A stretch of DNA of 64,000 nucleotides, taken from contig JAKIMF020000007.1 in NCBI GenBank assembly GCA_022605425.2, forward strand, positions 868,001 to 932,000, in the 5' to 3' direction. This stretch comes from Hamiltosporidium tvaerminnensis FI-OER-3-3. Taxonomy: Eukaryota > Fungi > Microsporidia. Within the stretch, counting starts at the first letter, position 1, and the number at the start of each line of letters is the position of its first letter. A program made the position numbers and the translations under genes. The notes beneath the pieces were generated by a model. It did no database searches. It was given only the letters and a program-made list of their open reading frames with translations, and had not been told where the DNA came from. Positions 61,811-64,000 of this stretch are shown here, piece by piece.

Positions 61811-62443
61811 AGAAATTAATTAATTCATCAAAATAAAATATTCTTATCTCAATGGTTATGATAAGTATTTAATAACAATTGGTTTTATATTTTATTAAAT
61901 AAACTTGTTTTTTCTTTAAAATGTTGTTTATTTTATAAAAATTCTGTTCTTAAAGAAAATAATTTGTAATTTTTTTTCTAATTTTTAATTTATCAAAAAA
62001 TTTTGGTTCATGGAATTACTCACCTTAAAAATTTTCTATTTTTTCTATAACAAATAAATATTTTATAAAGAAGATAATCTTTATTAAATATAAAATATTA
62101 TAGAATTTCTTTTCCTTAAGTATTTTGAATATTATATAAAGAAGATATTCTTTATATAACAATCACACAGTATTAAAGAATTTCCTTTTCAATTTTATTT
62201 TGAATATTGTATAAAGAAGATATTCTTTATTAAATATAAAATATTATAGAATTTCTTTTCCTTAAGTATTTTGAATATTTTTTTCGTAAAAGATATTCTT
62301 TATATAATCAATCACATAGTATTAAGGAATTTCTTTTTGAATGTTAAATAAGTTTTTCTTATAAATCAATTCTTAATTATATTTTGATATTAAATATATC
62401 TTCTTATATCTTCACATACAAAATTTTAAGTAACCCTACTACA

Positions 62444-63637
62444 ATGAGAAACATTATATGTGTTTTAGGAAGTGGTGGTCATACATATGAAATGTTACTT
62501 ATTCTTAAAAAGTCATGGAATAAGATAAATAAATGTTGTTTTATATTAGGAAGAGATGATTGGATATCTTTAGAAAATATAAAAGATATGCAATGTAGAG
62601 AAGGTATTAAGATATTACAATGTTATAGACCTACAGTTGTTAAAGAAAAAAAGATTGATTTTGTTTTTATAACTGTATTGGTTTGTATTTTGAGTATATC
62701 TGTTTCTATCTTTGTTTTTCTATTTCTTTATATCTTTAATAAGTATAAACAATATACTTTGGTTGAAGAATATATTTTTGAAAATATCAATAATTCTATT
62801 TATTGTTCTGTGTTTTATCTTCTGAGAGATTTTATATTCGTGAATATTATTAATATTTTTACTTCCATTTTGTCTGTATCTGTTAAAGTGTTTTATCTTC
62901 TGAGAAATATAATATCTGATATTATTAATATTTTTACTTCCATTTTGTCTGTATATGTTAAAGTGTTTTATCTTCTGAGAAATATAATATCTGATATTAT
63001 TAATATTTTTACTTCCATTTTGTCTGTATATGTTAAAGTGTTTTATCTTCTGAGAAATATAATATCTGATATTTATAGAAGTATAGTTGCTAACAATAGT
63101 TTATATTATTCTATGTTTATATCATGTTTTGTTATTTTATTATCAATTTTTCTCTTTACACATTTACTTGGTATAAATTTTCAATTAAATGTAAAATATT
63201 TGATACGAAAATTTATATCTGTTCTAATAGTTCCAATATCCTGTATATTACACATATACACTTATTTAATATCAAATATACTTCTACCACTCATATTATA
63301 TCAAATTTACTTTATAAAGAAATTATTATATTGGTTTCTATATTTAGTAAGATTATTAATTTCAATATTAGATTGTATAATATTATCTTTTAAAGTTGAA
63401 AATGAATATGAATGGATTATATGTAATGGACCAGGTCTATGTTGTATTGTAGGTATTTTTTTTAAGTATACACGAGGTACCAAGATATGTTATGTAGAAA
63501 GTATTACTAGAAGTGAGAGACTTAGTTTAAGTGGACAAATTATGGAATATATTTGTGATGAATTTTATGTTCAGAGTGATAAGTTATTGAAGAATAAGAG
63601 AATCTACAAAAATTTTATGTTTAATGAGGATAGATAA
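62444..63637 (+). CDS. ALG14: UDP-GlcNAc transferase subunit ALG14 with a large hydrophobic insertion
   Basis: CVLGSGGHTYEM, IICNGPGLC and YVESITRSERLSLSGQI..FYVQ motifs. The in-frame ATG at 62444 is preceded by CCC (the ORF track starts at TTG 62384). Confidence 0.9.
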   Translation: MRNIICVLGSGGHTYEMLLILKKSWNKINKCCFILGRDDWISLENIKDMQCREGIKILQCYRPTVVKEKKIDFVFITVLVCILSISVSIFVFLFLYIFNKYKQYTLVEEYIFENINNSIYCSVFYLLRDFIFVNIINIFTSILSVSVKVFYLLRNIISDIINIFTSILSVYVKVFYLLRNIISDIINIFTSILSVYVKVFYLLRNIISDIYRSIVANNSLYYSMFISCFVILLSIFLFTHLLGINFQLNVKYLIRKFISVLIVPISCILHIYTYLISNILLPLILYQIYFIKKLLYWFLYLVRLLISILDCIILSFKVENEYEWIICNGPGLCCIVGIFFKYTRGTKICYVESITRSERLSLSGQIMEYICDEFYVQSDKLLKNKRIYKNFMFNEDR

Positions 63638-63687
63638 TGAAATAAGAGCGTATTTTCATAGAAGGTAAAAATATGGATTCAATATTT

Positions 63688-63870
63688 AATAAATGTAATA
63701 ATGAATGAAATAATGAATTGTATAATGAATCATATATAAATGTAATAATGAATGTAATAATAAATGAAATAATAAATGAAATAATGAATGAAATAATGAA
63801 TGTAATAATAAATGTAATAATGAATTATATATAAATGTAATAATGAATGTAGTATTATATAATAATGAAT
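63688..63870. repeat. (taatgaa/taataaatg)-type low-complexity repeat downstream of ALG14
   Basis: Visible short-period repeats. Confidence 0.85.
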
Positions 63871-64000
63871 ATATTGATTTTTGCAGCAAATAGATTAATT
63901 TTTAGAATAAATATAAGAAGCAAATTTTATTATAAAATATTTTAGAGATTATAAATGATCTATGTATTAATCCAATCTATTTTATATAAATTTTATTTTA

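Overview
Very AT-rich eukaryotic DNA with sparse, intron-less genes. Most start codons are preceded by a CCC motif, and the window holds an NPA/NPG aquaporin and an expanded family of ~770-aa LRR-like proteins. These features point to a large-genome microsporidian (Hamiltosporidium-like; an inference). The window has two compartments. (1) About 1-41 kb is a transposon graveyard with a few lineage-specific genes. It contains many copies of an RLE-type (R4/Dong-like) non-LTR retrotransposon, an RTE LINE remnant, a young 235-bp internally deleted RTE derivative with a perfect 14-bp TSD, a Helitron, Merlin and probable MULE/hAT remnants, and a tRNA-Gly-headed SINE. It also holds most of the 8 or more copies of an unrecognised ~720-bp non-coding, hairpin-rich element (one copy has a perfect 14-bp TSD). 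(2) About 41-64 kb carries housekeeping genes: RbAp48/MSI1-like, type I DnaJ, RFWD3-like RING-WD40, NPL4 and ALG14. These are saturated with tandem duplications. Most striking: three of them have their last 16-18 codons, stop codon and a few 3'-UTR bases amplified head-to-tail 4-5 times in 69-72-bp units. Three genes also show a C-rich to G-rich skew flip in mid-gene. Five frameshifts in otherwise intact genes can each be repaired by deleting one A from an A-run and are probably sequencing errors.
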